Shown here in pieces: positions 11,509 to 22,376 of a stretch of DNA of 64,000 nt. Origin of the DNA: Tubiluchus corallicola (lineage: Eukaryota > Animalia > Priapulida). Made by a program: the position numbers and the translations under genes. Positions within the stretch are counted from its first letter, which is position 1; each line of letters begins with the position of its first letter. The stretch spans positions 25,321-89,320 of the forward strand of contig JAQGDQ010000839.1 in assembly GCA_030141605.1 (NCBI GenBank). The letters are read 5' to 3'. The notes beneath the pieces were generated by a model. That model had not been told where the DNA came from, did not search any database, and worked only from the letters and a program-made list of their open reading frames with translations.

Positions 11509-12949
11509 AATTCGGCCATAGGTCCGTAGTTCGGTCGGATTTTTGAAAAATTATGAAATCTCCTTGTTCTTGACAAACTGCTGGGAACTCGTTTGTAACT
11601 TAATTTAAAACTTTGTTTTAATTCCAAGTATTATCATGACAATATAAAAAATTATGACAGCTACGTATCAGCCCTGCTTCGTGGTAAAACCGGAACATAG
11701 AGAGTATACAATGAAGCCAGTCGTGACGTCACATTCATACTTTTACGCTTAAATTACTGGCCATTACTACAGCACATATTTTTTACACTCCTGCTTTCAA
11801 CCATCGATCACATTGAAATTTAAATGGAAAAACCAGAAATATATCTTGCTTGTTATCGAAAGTTTGCATAATATTAGGCTAACATCTCTGTTAGTCAAGA
11901 TAAAAGGAAACTTATTGAATTTGGGTTTAATAGGTTGTATGATTTCCTCATTTTTTATTATTAATTCGTTATTTGTCATTAAAATGGTTCACTCATTATA
12001 ATTATTATTATTATTATTATAATTCTTTATTTAAAATTTAAAATTGAACGCATATACAAATATTTACATAAAATACATACAGGGACCCTCTATTTGCAGG
12101 GCATGGTTAAAAAAACTTTGTAAATAAAATAGCTGTTATATTCGCAAGACTTTTAAATACTAATAAATCAATATACCAATAAAAGAACAACTAAAATTAA
12201 ATAGTACCAATTTACAAATTATAAACAACTCATTATAAAAAAATTGAATAAGTGCAAAACTAAGGCCTAATTATATACAATAAATGAACATATTTACAAA
12301 CACCATATTAAAATATTTTCACAAAACAATATTATAAAAGTACATTAAATTTTACATGACATATTTTACATTATATATACATTTGGCATGACACAATTAG
12401 CAGAAACATGCTTCACATTACATAAATTTCACTCATTACATTTACACTATTTATAAATTTGACATTGCAAAACTGACATAACGCGTATTACATTACATAT
12501 TTTTTTTTAAATTTTACATTCTTAATCGTTTTATGGAGTCAGGGGCGGGGGTAGATGAAAGTTGAGTCTGTGTAATCAGTATCACATGCATAATCTGGAT
12601 TTTCAAACCGTCTACATTTTTCGCCGGTTTCTGCTGCAGCAATGCTACAAAGCAAGTATTTTCTTGCTTTTACTCTATTTTAACTGACATAACGTGAAGT
12701 TAAAAACTATCTCGAGAGTGACGTCAAAATACTTGAGGAATGGTATTGAGATTGGGCAGGAACTCCAAAGATCGTTGCAGACCGTTTGCACTTTTTTGGT
12801 AAGGTCCAGACTCGGCTCTTTTTTCGTATCTAAAATCAAGAAATTTGTGTCACTTTGTGGTTGAAATTTCTTAATTTTTGTTTCTGAAAAAGGCCTCACG
12901 TTTGGAGCACTCCCCCACGATTTCGCTTCGTGACAAGATGGCAACCCTA
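11469..12949. mobile_element. Non-autonomous hAT-like (Blackjack-type TIR) DNA transposon with nested LINE fragments
   Basis: TIRs TAGGGTTGCCA / TGGCAACCCTA; 8-bp flanks CTTAGACT (11461-11468) and CTTAGACC (12950-12957); no transposase ORF seen. Confidence 0.75.
11960..12677 (-). mobile_element. LINE 3' end inside the hAT-like element, itself interrupted at 12002-12227
   Basis: Matches 50231-50560; minus-strand ORF end RVKARKYLLCS...RRFENPDY...YPRP*; the inner insert has a (TAA)n tail and direct repeat ACTCATTATAA (11991-12001, 12228-12238). Confidence 0.7.
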
Positions 12950-13317
12950 CTTAGACCACATTTCGGTTCGTGACAAGGTGGCAACCCTACTTAGACCACA
13001 TTTCGGTTCGTGACAAGGTGGAAACCCTACTTAGACCACATTTCGGTTTATGACAAGATGGCAACCCTACTTAGACCACATTTCGGTTCGTGACAAGGTG
13101 GCAACCCTACTTAGACCACATTTCGGTTCGCGACAAGATGGCAACCCTACTTAGACCACATTTCGGTTCGTGACAAGGTGGCAACCCTACTTAGACCACA
13201 TTTCGGTTCGTGACAAGGTGGCAACCCTACTTAGACCACATTTCTGTTCGTGACAAGATTGCAACCCTACTTAGACCACATTTCGGTTCGCGACAAGATG
13301 GCAACCCTACTTAGACC
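12915..13317. repeat. 40-bp minisatellite (10 copies) made of the right transposon end plus TSD
   Basis: Unit ccacatttcggttcgtgacaagRtggcaacccta|cttaga. Confidence 0.95.
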
Positions 13318-13522
13318 GGTATTGACTGACAGCACCGACAAGATGTGTGAGAAACTGCCAACGAGTCAATGAATTACAGAGTGACAGTCCAAACAATGCC
13401 AGTGTCTGCTTTATGTTCAAATGTTTCTGATTAAACCTGATGTTATTCGTGATGGAATAAACCCGTGCTCATGGAATTCTGAAGCCAAACTTGTCGGAAA
13501 AGGAAGAGAATGCGAAAAAATC

Positions 13523-13596
13523 GGTAGTACGCCCGGATTTGAACCAGAAACCTTTCGGTGACAAGTCGAACATCACACCAATAGGCTGCTAACTCC
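13523..13596 (-). pseudogene. tRNA-like sequence (pseudogene or SINE head) followed by a T6 run
   Basis: Reverse complement GGAGTTAGCAGCCTATTGGT...TTCGACTTGTCACCGAAAGGTTTCTGGTTCAAATCCGGG: A box, anticodon-like arm, T arm/B box; acceptor stem degenerate. Confidence 0.5.
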
Positions 13597-13639
13597 AACG
13601 ATTATGACAGATTTTAATTCGACCCATTTGGCTCCCCAA

Positions 13640-14136
13640 CTTCTTCTTCTTCACAGCTTTTCCCTATTCGGGATCGCCGTTGTGAATGAGTCTTCTCCAC
13701 GCATTCCTGTTGTTGACCATCTCTTCATTTATGTCTTCCCTTCCCACATGATCTTCACCGACTCTTCTTTTCAGGTGTCCATACCATCGCAATCTTGCGA
13801 GGCTTCCACTACTTTTACTGTTCCTCTGATATTATTATTTCTAATTTTATCTCTTCTTGTTATTCCCACCATCCATCTCAACATCCTCATCTCCACCACA
13901 CCCATTTTCTTGTCTTCGGTCTTCTTTAGAGAAGCTCCTTCCAGCCCATAGATTAGAGCGGGTCTGACCACTTCTTTGTGGACTTTCCCTTTAAGTCTCA
14001 CCGACTCATTCATAGAAGGTTTTGGCGCAGTGTTTACAGGCGGATGCCCTTCCTGACCCTAACCCTCCCTATTTATCTGGGCTTGGGACCGGCACTGAGT
14101 TGGGCTGGCTTGCCCCCCCCCCCCAGTGGCTAGGTT
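13640..14136 (-). mobile_element. Internally deleted RTE-clade LINE (5' UTR + ORF C-terminal part + (GAA)n tail)
   Basis: ORF 13771-14013 LKGKVHKEVVRPALIYGLE...EMRMLRWMVGITRRDKIRN is the canonical RTE post-RT region; 5' UTR motif GGGTTAGGGTCAGGAAGGGCATCC; flanked by direct repeat CATTTGGCTCCCC(C)AAC. Confidence 0.85.
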
Positions 14137-17100
14137 CATTTGGCTCCCCCAACAAATACCATAAATAAGTAATGTTGCAGTTAAGATTATGAATAGCTGA
14201 TATTCCCCATGTTAATATTGCAATGTGGTCATCAGATGTGCTAAGCCACACCTAAAATTAATAGCACAGTCCAAATTCTTTATGGGCAAATACGCTTCTA
14301 ATCTCTAATTGGCTGGCCTTATTTATTAATAACTTTACTCATGAAATACGTGCAATACCCAGGCCAGTATTAAAATCTCGTGTTATAAACGACCTTGTAC
14401 TATTGAAGCTTACTGCCGTTTCCTAGGTGGGTAGTGGCTAATGTTTGGTCACGGAAAACGGCCACTGTCCAATAGGAGTTACCACTCAATGATAATGGGT
14501 AATCAGTTAGTTTAAACTTAATTTGTAGAAATTTGCAATCTGCTTTTATTGTAAAACGTATACAATGTTCACAGATGATGGCGGAATGTAGAATAACCGT
14601 ATAACTTGTTTCGTCACCATAAAAATTCTCTCCACACACAGTGGCTTAAAAGCAACAAACAATTTATTGAGAAAACCTTGAACTCAAGAACATAACCTTT
14701 AACATTGCTGTCTTTTGATCAACTGGAACTTGCATGCCTGAGAGAATAAAGCTCTAATCACATGACCAGACATACAAGTTCCTATTGGGAGATACCTCAC
14801 ATTCATGCATTCAGACCATAAATGGAAAGGTCACCTATACTCTACAGACTACTAGTTAAGCCAAAATCAAAGTCTACTTGGCTTCTTTGATAGCAGAATA
14901 AAGATTATTGATTTACAGAAAGCTGTGTTATAATGTTATAATTTTTCTCTATTTAAACTTGAATAAGAGAGTTAGAACCAGAATTAAAGCATGAAATTAA
15001 TAATCTAATTACTCTGATTAATGAATATCTATAAAAGCAAAAGGAAACAATATTTAGAAACAAAAAATCACTCTCTGACAAACTTTGTACAATTAGAGTG
15101 TAGATGGCAGCATAGACTAAAACAGTATTTTAGTGTAGTAGACTGACAATTAAATGGATCACATAATACCACAATCGCGTACTCGGTACAGTAAGCGACA
15201 TAATTTATTTTATTTAGATTAGACAGTTTTTAAAACTAACACGTGAATTCTCACCAAACAAATATATGTACAAGCAGAAATGAGGAGTTAATAAAGTAAT
15301 AGAAATAGAAATAAACTCAAATAGATAAACAAATACATACATACAAATACTAATAAACAAAGAAAGATATATATATATACATAAAAAGTAAGTAGGTGTG
15401 ACACAGTGAATAATATAACAATTAAATAATAACAATAACTATCTTGGAATTTACCTTAGTTACATAAAAGAGAACTTAAGGTCTGATCACATTAAAACGT
15501 TTAGACTCCTAATGTAATTTTGGATGAAATGAAGAATTTTACAGTTAAGAGCAACATTAAAGTAAATTCCATCTAACTGCTCAATGTAAAAACGCACACG
15601 TTAAAAGTCATTTTAAAATATTTTGCGCGCATGCGTCGTCGATGTGTTTTGTAATATTTTGTAATTGAATTTTAATTTGACGATATCTAAGCATATGAAT
15701 TTTATTTCTTTTATTCATTTTTTTAAAAAATTGACTTCTGCAGATATATTTTTAGTTTAACAATATTGCCTACAACAGTCGTTGACTATATATATTATAT
15801 ATATACATATATTATATATATATTATTATATATATTACTATATATATTATGAATATTATGAATATATATATATTGACTTTTTCTACATAGACACTAATTA
15901 TTCAATGTTATTTACTATTCAATATAAATTTAATATTGTACAGATAAACTTATTTAAGATTGCTATTGTGTTTTCCAGAAGACGACGGTACAGAAGTATT
16001 TATTAGTATGTAAAATAAATAACAGATGGCGCGGCAACCTTGTCTGCTCTCCACTCTGCTCGGGAGTACCTATATTTAGAAAACGCTGTATTTATAGGGA
16101 TCTACGCTGCTTTAGAGATGTCGATCGCGACCATCAATTAGCCAATTTTCCAGTGGACCAATTAGCCAATTTTAATCAACGTGGAAATAATACACATACG
16201 TGTAAGATTTGTGCAAGCGATTCTACAACTAGTAGAGTAGTTGGTAGAGGAGTCAGTTGATCAGGCACTTAGTTGGTCACTCGACAGGAAAATAGGAACT
16301 CGCTTACAAACTTGTAATGGTTGACCGATCGTTGCAAATTAAAACTTTCATGCCATTTCTAACTAATCATTAAAAAAAGCTTGCATAGCAAAATCGTCCA
16401 TAAGTCGAATAAAGGCAATTAAACTTTCCTGGTTATTCATATATCCTGAATCTCCGTTTCATGAGGATCATTTTGATACCAAGCTCATTGCTCTACGTTA
16501 TTTCTAAGCTGAGATAATCCACATTGTAGATGAGATGCTTACTACGCACAGAAAAACGTAAACAATCACTGTTAAAGTCAGCCATTGTTTTCTGTCGCGT
16601 TTCTACAAAACACTTAGCAACGACGCAAATGTTGGTTATTGCAAAAACACATTGAAGTTAAGTTTAAGTCCGGTAGATGGCTCTGCCAGACGAAAATCTG
16701 GGCTTGGCAACAGAGAAAACCCGAAGCAAAATGATTGTTTCCACCAGCTATTATCATAGCTTAAATACACAATTTAAGTTTTTAAGTTTTTAAATACACA
16801 ATACTTAAGTTTTTCACAATTGTAGTACTAGTTTCCAGCCAGAAAAGTGGGTACGCGGTTATAAAATTAGATTTTTAATATTTTTTGAACATTTTCTTGA
16901 TAATTCGATGCTACAATGTATAAGCCCAATATATTTGGCTTTCGTTTTTATAAAAAAAAACAAAAAATTGACATTTGAGCAAATTTTTGGTGCATTCTAT
17001 TTTGAAGCACCATAACGTCATTTTAACTATGCCGACGTATGGACGATTTTGGTTTACGTGCAGATTTTAATGAAACGCAATGGTGTAAGGCTGTGTAGTG

Positions 17101-17859
17101 ACTGCTACAATAGAGAATGTTATAACGAATAGAAAGTTAATGACAACGGTAATGGTGGTGATGACAATGATGGCGAGGCGACATCGACGATGATGCGGCA
17201 GAAGTTAATTTTAATAACAAATGATGTGAATAGTAAAAGTGAAAGGCAATATTGCGGAGATTAATTTTGGTTTGAATGTTTGTTGACTTCTTTCTCGTTT
17301 ATAGCAAAACGTTATGCACTGCCTTGTGCTGCCACCGAGCGGAGAGTTAAAGAAATATGTGTTTTTCGTGTTTCTCAATGGTTAGTAGTTGCACCAGCCG
17401 CGTGTGTGAGTCCACCAGTTTCCTTGATAATTATGATTAGGTTTTGATTGGATTAGCTTAAAAATTATTTTCGATTTTTTCAAATTTTAAAAGTTTAAAA
17501 ATAATTTAACAATAATAATTATTAAGTCAAATTCTATAAAGTAGATATTACAATATGAGTGTGCATAAAAATTGTTTAAAATAAAATATAATCATCATTT
17601 CTCTTTATAGCTCTTAAAACTGTTCTAAGCATTCTAAACTATTCTTAAAACACAAACTTCCTCACAACAGCCTGCAAAAATTACTTTCGCTTAGTGCGAG
17701 GTTTAGCTCAAAAGATCTGTAAAGCTGTTGGTACTAACTTGTAAAACTCATTTATTCACGCGGTTTTGTAGTATATTTTATTATTTACTGGTTTAGTTAT
17801 TTATTTAAATATATTTTGTTTGTTTTTATTATCTCTATGGTGAAATTCTGTTTTCACTT

Positions 17860-17945
17860 CAGAGTACGTCAGAGTAAAAGCGCGCGCATGCGCGTCACTG
17901 CTAAGACAGGTTCCGCTGAACACGCGTGGCGTCAGTGAGGTGAGG
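17860..17945 (+). promoter_or_regulatory. Putative core promoter of the Jagged/Serrate gene
   Basis: Abrupt CpG-rich patch about 300 bp upstream of the ATG with GCGCATGCGC (NRF1-like), ACGTCA/GCGTCA (CRE half-sites), CACGCG and Inr-like TCAGT. Confidence 0.5.
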
Positions 17946-18229
17946 TGCTGTGGTTGTTAAGCACGATTTACAAAGTTTTTTGAAACAAAATTTGCTGGAA
18001 ATAAGATGTTTGGAGACGAAGAAAGCGCGGTATCGTTAGCAAGAACTTGGCGATAATGGTGATCACTGTAATAATTGACATGTTTTGCGAAGTAAGTTGT
18101 TCAAGCGTTTGAAATTCACGATTGTCAACTTTGATGCATGACTTGCAGACTGTACTATACAGACAAATGTCGCGTTTCGGTGTTAGTGGTTGGGCAGTGT
18201 CCAACAAACTTCTTAGATATGTTAAAACA

Positions 18230-18622
18230 ATGAAGAATTTTTTTCCCTGTCGGACAATGTCGTGTACATTTCAGATAAAATTTTTCTGTTTGTTAACATT
18301 CGTGGTTATTAGCGTTTCTAGGCCTGTTTATGGTTCTGGGACGTTTGAATTGGAGGTGTTAGCGGTCAGAAACCCTCGCGGAGAAGTCGAAACTGGAGAA
18401 TGTTGTGAAGGAGAACGAAGATCGAACGGTTTATGTTCTGGTCATTGCAATACAGTAGTGCGATTATGCCTGAAACAGTTCCAACCCATTGTTACTGTCG
18501 ATGGGGAGTGCTCGTTTGGCAACAAGTCTACGGGAGTACTCGGAGAAAATGTTTGGGAGGTTTCCAACAATGGGGCTGACAACTCGAGTCTTTTGCAATT
18601 GCACTTTAACTTCAGTTGGCAG
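18230..18622 (+). CDS. JAG: Notch ligand, Serrate/Jagged-type, first coding exon (signal peptide plus MNNL/C2 domain)
   Basis: Hydrophobic signal FFCLLTFVVISVSRPVYG, then SGTFELEVLAVRNPRGEVETGECC...CNTVVRLCLKQFQ...GECSFGNKSTGVLG...LHFNFSWQ; donor CAG|GTGAGT at 18622, phase 0, at the position equivalent to the FAWP| boundary of vertebrate Jagged. Start codon ambiguous (18134, 18167, 18230 or 18257); Delta not fully excluded. Confidence 0.88.
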
Positions 18623-19899
18623 GTGAGTGATTTATTTATTGCTTCGTTTTGTGCAAAAATGTGCAACGCAAACCCGGCCTATTGCTCACTCTGTTTACTG
18701 ATAACATTGCATTGTATATTATGAAATTTTTGTTTCGTTAACCGCTGCTATAATAATTATTAGGATGTGTTAAAAAATTTCCATCATACGTATTTGTAAT
18801 ATAGGCGAGAAAATACTGATTATATCTTTTCAGAGACTAGTCAGTCACTGGGTGTCAGCCATAAAGTTGAACAACTTAAAAATAACCTGTTTCTTTTTGC
18901 TCAGATATTAAAAAAGTCCAACAGGTGCTTTCTTGCTTGAACTCTTTTAAAGTTTGTTTTATCTTACCAAAATTTTTTTTATATTTTCCTAAAAATTTGA
19001 TATTTGCACTTTGGTAAAGGCAAAAATATTGAAGCAAATATACTGCAGGGAATACAGCTATACAGTTTCCCTAGCGTATTAAAATGAACTCCTTAAGTGT
19101 AATAATTGTAATATATGTAAATGTAATACTTAAATGTAATAATTCAGTTTTTTCTTTTTTCTTTTCAAGGTCAGATAGCCTTTCCGTAATCATAATTATT
19201 TTTATTATTATTGCTTTTTTTTCAAGGTCATACAGCCATACATAATCGTAACTATTATAATGTAGTTGCAGCAGTACACAAAATATTTACTGCTCAATAC
19301 TTATGGGACCTCAGTTTAGAGCTGCAAATTTACCATTTTTCTCATTAAAAATCAATTTTTAATTTGATCATTTTGTGCGTGTTTAGTTTTGTTGTTATAG
19401 ACTATATCTGACGTGAATAAAAATCATTTCTTATTTTTGAATTTTTGAATATAATATTGACATTTTAAGCTAGTAAAAATTAAATTTATTGGGATTAGAA
19501 AATGTACAAAAAATAGCTAAAAAATGTATCTGCTATACTACGCTAAGTAGTTTATTTTCGTGTCAACATTTGTGTGTCCCAGTATTCGCTTATCCTTGAA
19601 ACGTTTTTGGGCCTTGTTAAACGAGCACAATTTCAGCGTACAGAAAGATTTACCTTATGCAGTACTGTAAGTTCTTAGGGTAAGGTAAGCTTGTCTACTC
19701 AATGGCTTCATTTTGTAAGAGGTGTCAGAAAATGATTGCCCCACCACATTATGTTGAAGAAACTAAAAATAATAAATAAATTCCGGCAAAATTACGAGAT
19801 TAAATTTTGAGTGAAGTACACTTACTGAATAGACAAAGTTGTTGATGTTGACTTCTCAATGGCAGTTCGAGTAATGACATTTCCTTAAGAACTTTGTTT

Positions 19900-20405
19900 A
19901 TATATATATATATATAGTATATATAATAATCTTTATTTGCCCTTAAAATACATTGATAATCACTGATAAAAACTTTACAAAGATGATCAATCAGTGTTAG
20001 TTAATAAAAACTTACACTGCTAAAGGCAAATGCGTCAGTGCAATCTAAACTACTGTGCAGTAATGGAAAGTAACGACGAATAAAATCAAACGTATTTACA
20101 ACTATGCACAAAAAATGAAAAAAAAATATGGTTTAATTAATATGGCCGTGGATATATGAATTCTGAATTAGTGTGTATGTTGTCGTGCTGGTATTTCATA
20201 TCTGGTTAATATTAGTGATTTTAATTTTGTTTTAAATGCTGATAGGGACTTGATTTGTTTAACCTGTAATGGTAGAGAATTCCAAAGTAGAATTGCTTGC
20301 TTGATTACAGAGTTCGTTCCGTAGCTGGTATTTGTCCTAATTTGTTTTAGATTGCTTGTTGGATAAGTAACGACGAATAAAATCAAACATTTTACAACTA
20401 TGCAG
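19900..20405 (-). mobile_element. 5'-truncated CR1/L2-group LINE 3' end
   Basis: ORF 20168-20386 RTNTSYGTNSVIKQAILLWNSLPLQVKQIKSLSAFKTKLK; 3' UTR motif ggcaaatgcgtc-agtgca; (TA)n tail. Confidence 0.8.
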
Positions 20406-20539
20406 AGTAGGTTTTAGAATGTAGACTTTTGATTTCGTATTCTGATGCAATAATTGTGAAAGACAATGAATAAGGACTATTGCTGTGATTAAAATATTAA
20501 AAAATATGTTTATACCTTGTTGTGATAACGTTAAAGTAT

Positions 20540-21237
20540 GGCTGAGGCTAGATTTGGCTGATTTGGCTGTTTGTTTTTTTTCAAATTTTTTTAACTTTTA
20601 GACATTGGCTGTCTAAATCTTGCTAGAGCTGAGGCTAGATTTGGCTGAATTTGGCTGTTTGTTTTTTCAAATTTTTTTAACTTTTAGACATTGGCTGTCT
20701 AAATCTTGCTAGAGGTGAGGCTAGATTTGGCTGAATTTGGCTGTTTGTTTTTTTTCAAATTTTTTTAACTTTTAGACATTGGCTGTCTAAATCTTGCTAG
20801 AGGTGAGGCTAGATTTGGCTGAATTTGGCTGTTTGTTTTTTTTCAAATTTTTTTAACTTTTAGACATTGGCTGTCTAAATCTTGCTAGAGCTGAGGCTAG
20901 ATTTGGCTGAATTTGGCTGTTTTTTTTTCAAATTTTTTCAACTTTTAGACATCAGCTGTCTAAATCTTGCTGGAGCTGAGGCTAGATTTGGCTGAATTTG
21001 GCTGTTTTTTTTTCAAATTTTTTCAACTTTTAGACATTAGCTGTCTAAATCTTGCTAGAGCTGAGGCTAGATTTGGCTGAATTTGGCTGTTTGTTTTTTC
21101 AAATTTTTTCAACTTTTAGACATTGGCTGTCTTAAGTCTTGCTAGAGCTGAGGCTAGATTTGGCTGAATTTGGCTGTTTGTTTTTTCAAATTTTTTCAAC
21201 TTTTAGACATTGGCTGTCTTAAGTCTTGCTAGAGCTG
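20540..21237. repeat. About 87-bp minisatellite, 8 copies
   Basis: Unit gctgaggctagatttggctgaatttggctgtttg(t)ncaaa(t)naacttttagacattggctgtctaaatcttgctaga. Confidence 0.95.
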
Positions 21238-21964
21238 CTTTGTATCAACGAATTTTTATTTGTATAAAGAAGAATTAGAGTGTGGCGATCTACATCATCG
21301 ATTGAGCACATGAAACTATAATCATAGATAATTATTATTTACTTGTGCAAGGTGTAAGTCTAATTTTAGTTCATAAAATGCAAAGTTGACCATTGTTTTC
21401 TTTTTTAGAATTCCATTTTGATTTGTAGTCTTACAATACAGTGATTTCAGTATTTAGTTTAGCTACTTGAGTAAAACGTGTGCGCCATTATGCACACGCA
21501 CGCGCGCACGCGCGCACGCACGCGCGCGCGCTTATGAATGAACCGCACCATCTGCCCTGGGGTACTCTGGTATGTCTGGCTTCTGTAGCTTACAAGTGAC
21601 GCGCGCGCTGTTTTTTCTAGAATCATCATATTTGAAATGGACACCCGGTCCCTGGCGATTTGTACGTAATTTGGTGCAAACATTTGGTACGCATATAAAT
21701 GCATACACGATCACAAACGTGTGCCACGCTGGTATGCTAATCATCTTTAATAGTTTGCGCGTGGAATTCACTAGTGTTATATGAGTACCCTGAGAAAACG
21801 GGAACCTTCCTGTAAATTAATTATCAAAGTTACCTCAGTTCAAGCGGCAGTGATAAAAGGCTTTGATTTCTTGTTCATTTTTATTTGGCTGAAATTGCTA
21901 TTTGAACTGTGAATGTAACTCTCTCGCATTTTAATGTATTTTGCTAGTTATTAAAAATTATCAA

Positions 21965-22376
21965 TAGTCATCATATCATCATCGTCAGCATCGTCATCAT
22001 CAGCGTCGTCGTCGTAATCTTTATCATCGTCATCAGCGTCATCGTCATCATCATCATTGTCGTTGTCATCATCAGCATCATTGTCGTAATCTTTATCGTC
22101 AGCATCGTCGTCGTCGCCGTAATGTTTATCATCATCATCAGTGTCGTCGTTGTAATCTTTATCATCATCATCATCATCATTGTCAGCGTCATCATCGCCG
22201 CCGCCATCATTGTCGTCATCATCGCTATCATTGTCGTCACCATCGTCATCATCGTTGTCAGCATCGTCGTCGTCGTAATCTTTATCGTCATCATCAGTGT
22301 CGTTGTCGTCATAATCTTTATCGTCATCATCATCATTGTCGTTGTCATCATCGCCTCCATCACTGTCGCCATCGTA
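21965..22376. repeat. Degenerate (TCA/TCG)n trinucleotide low-complexity tract
   Basis: tcatcgtcatca... with recurring taatctttatc sub-motif. Confidence 0.9.

Noticed and set aside
7627-13596. Two tRNA-like sequences as functional tRNA genes
   Set aside because: Acceptor stems do not pair and anticodon arms are irregular; kept only as pseudogenes or SINE heads pending tRNAscan-SE.
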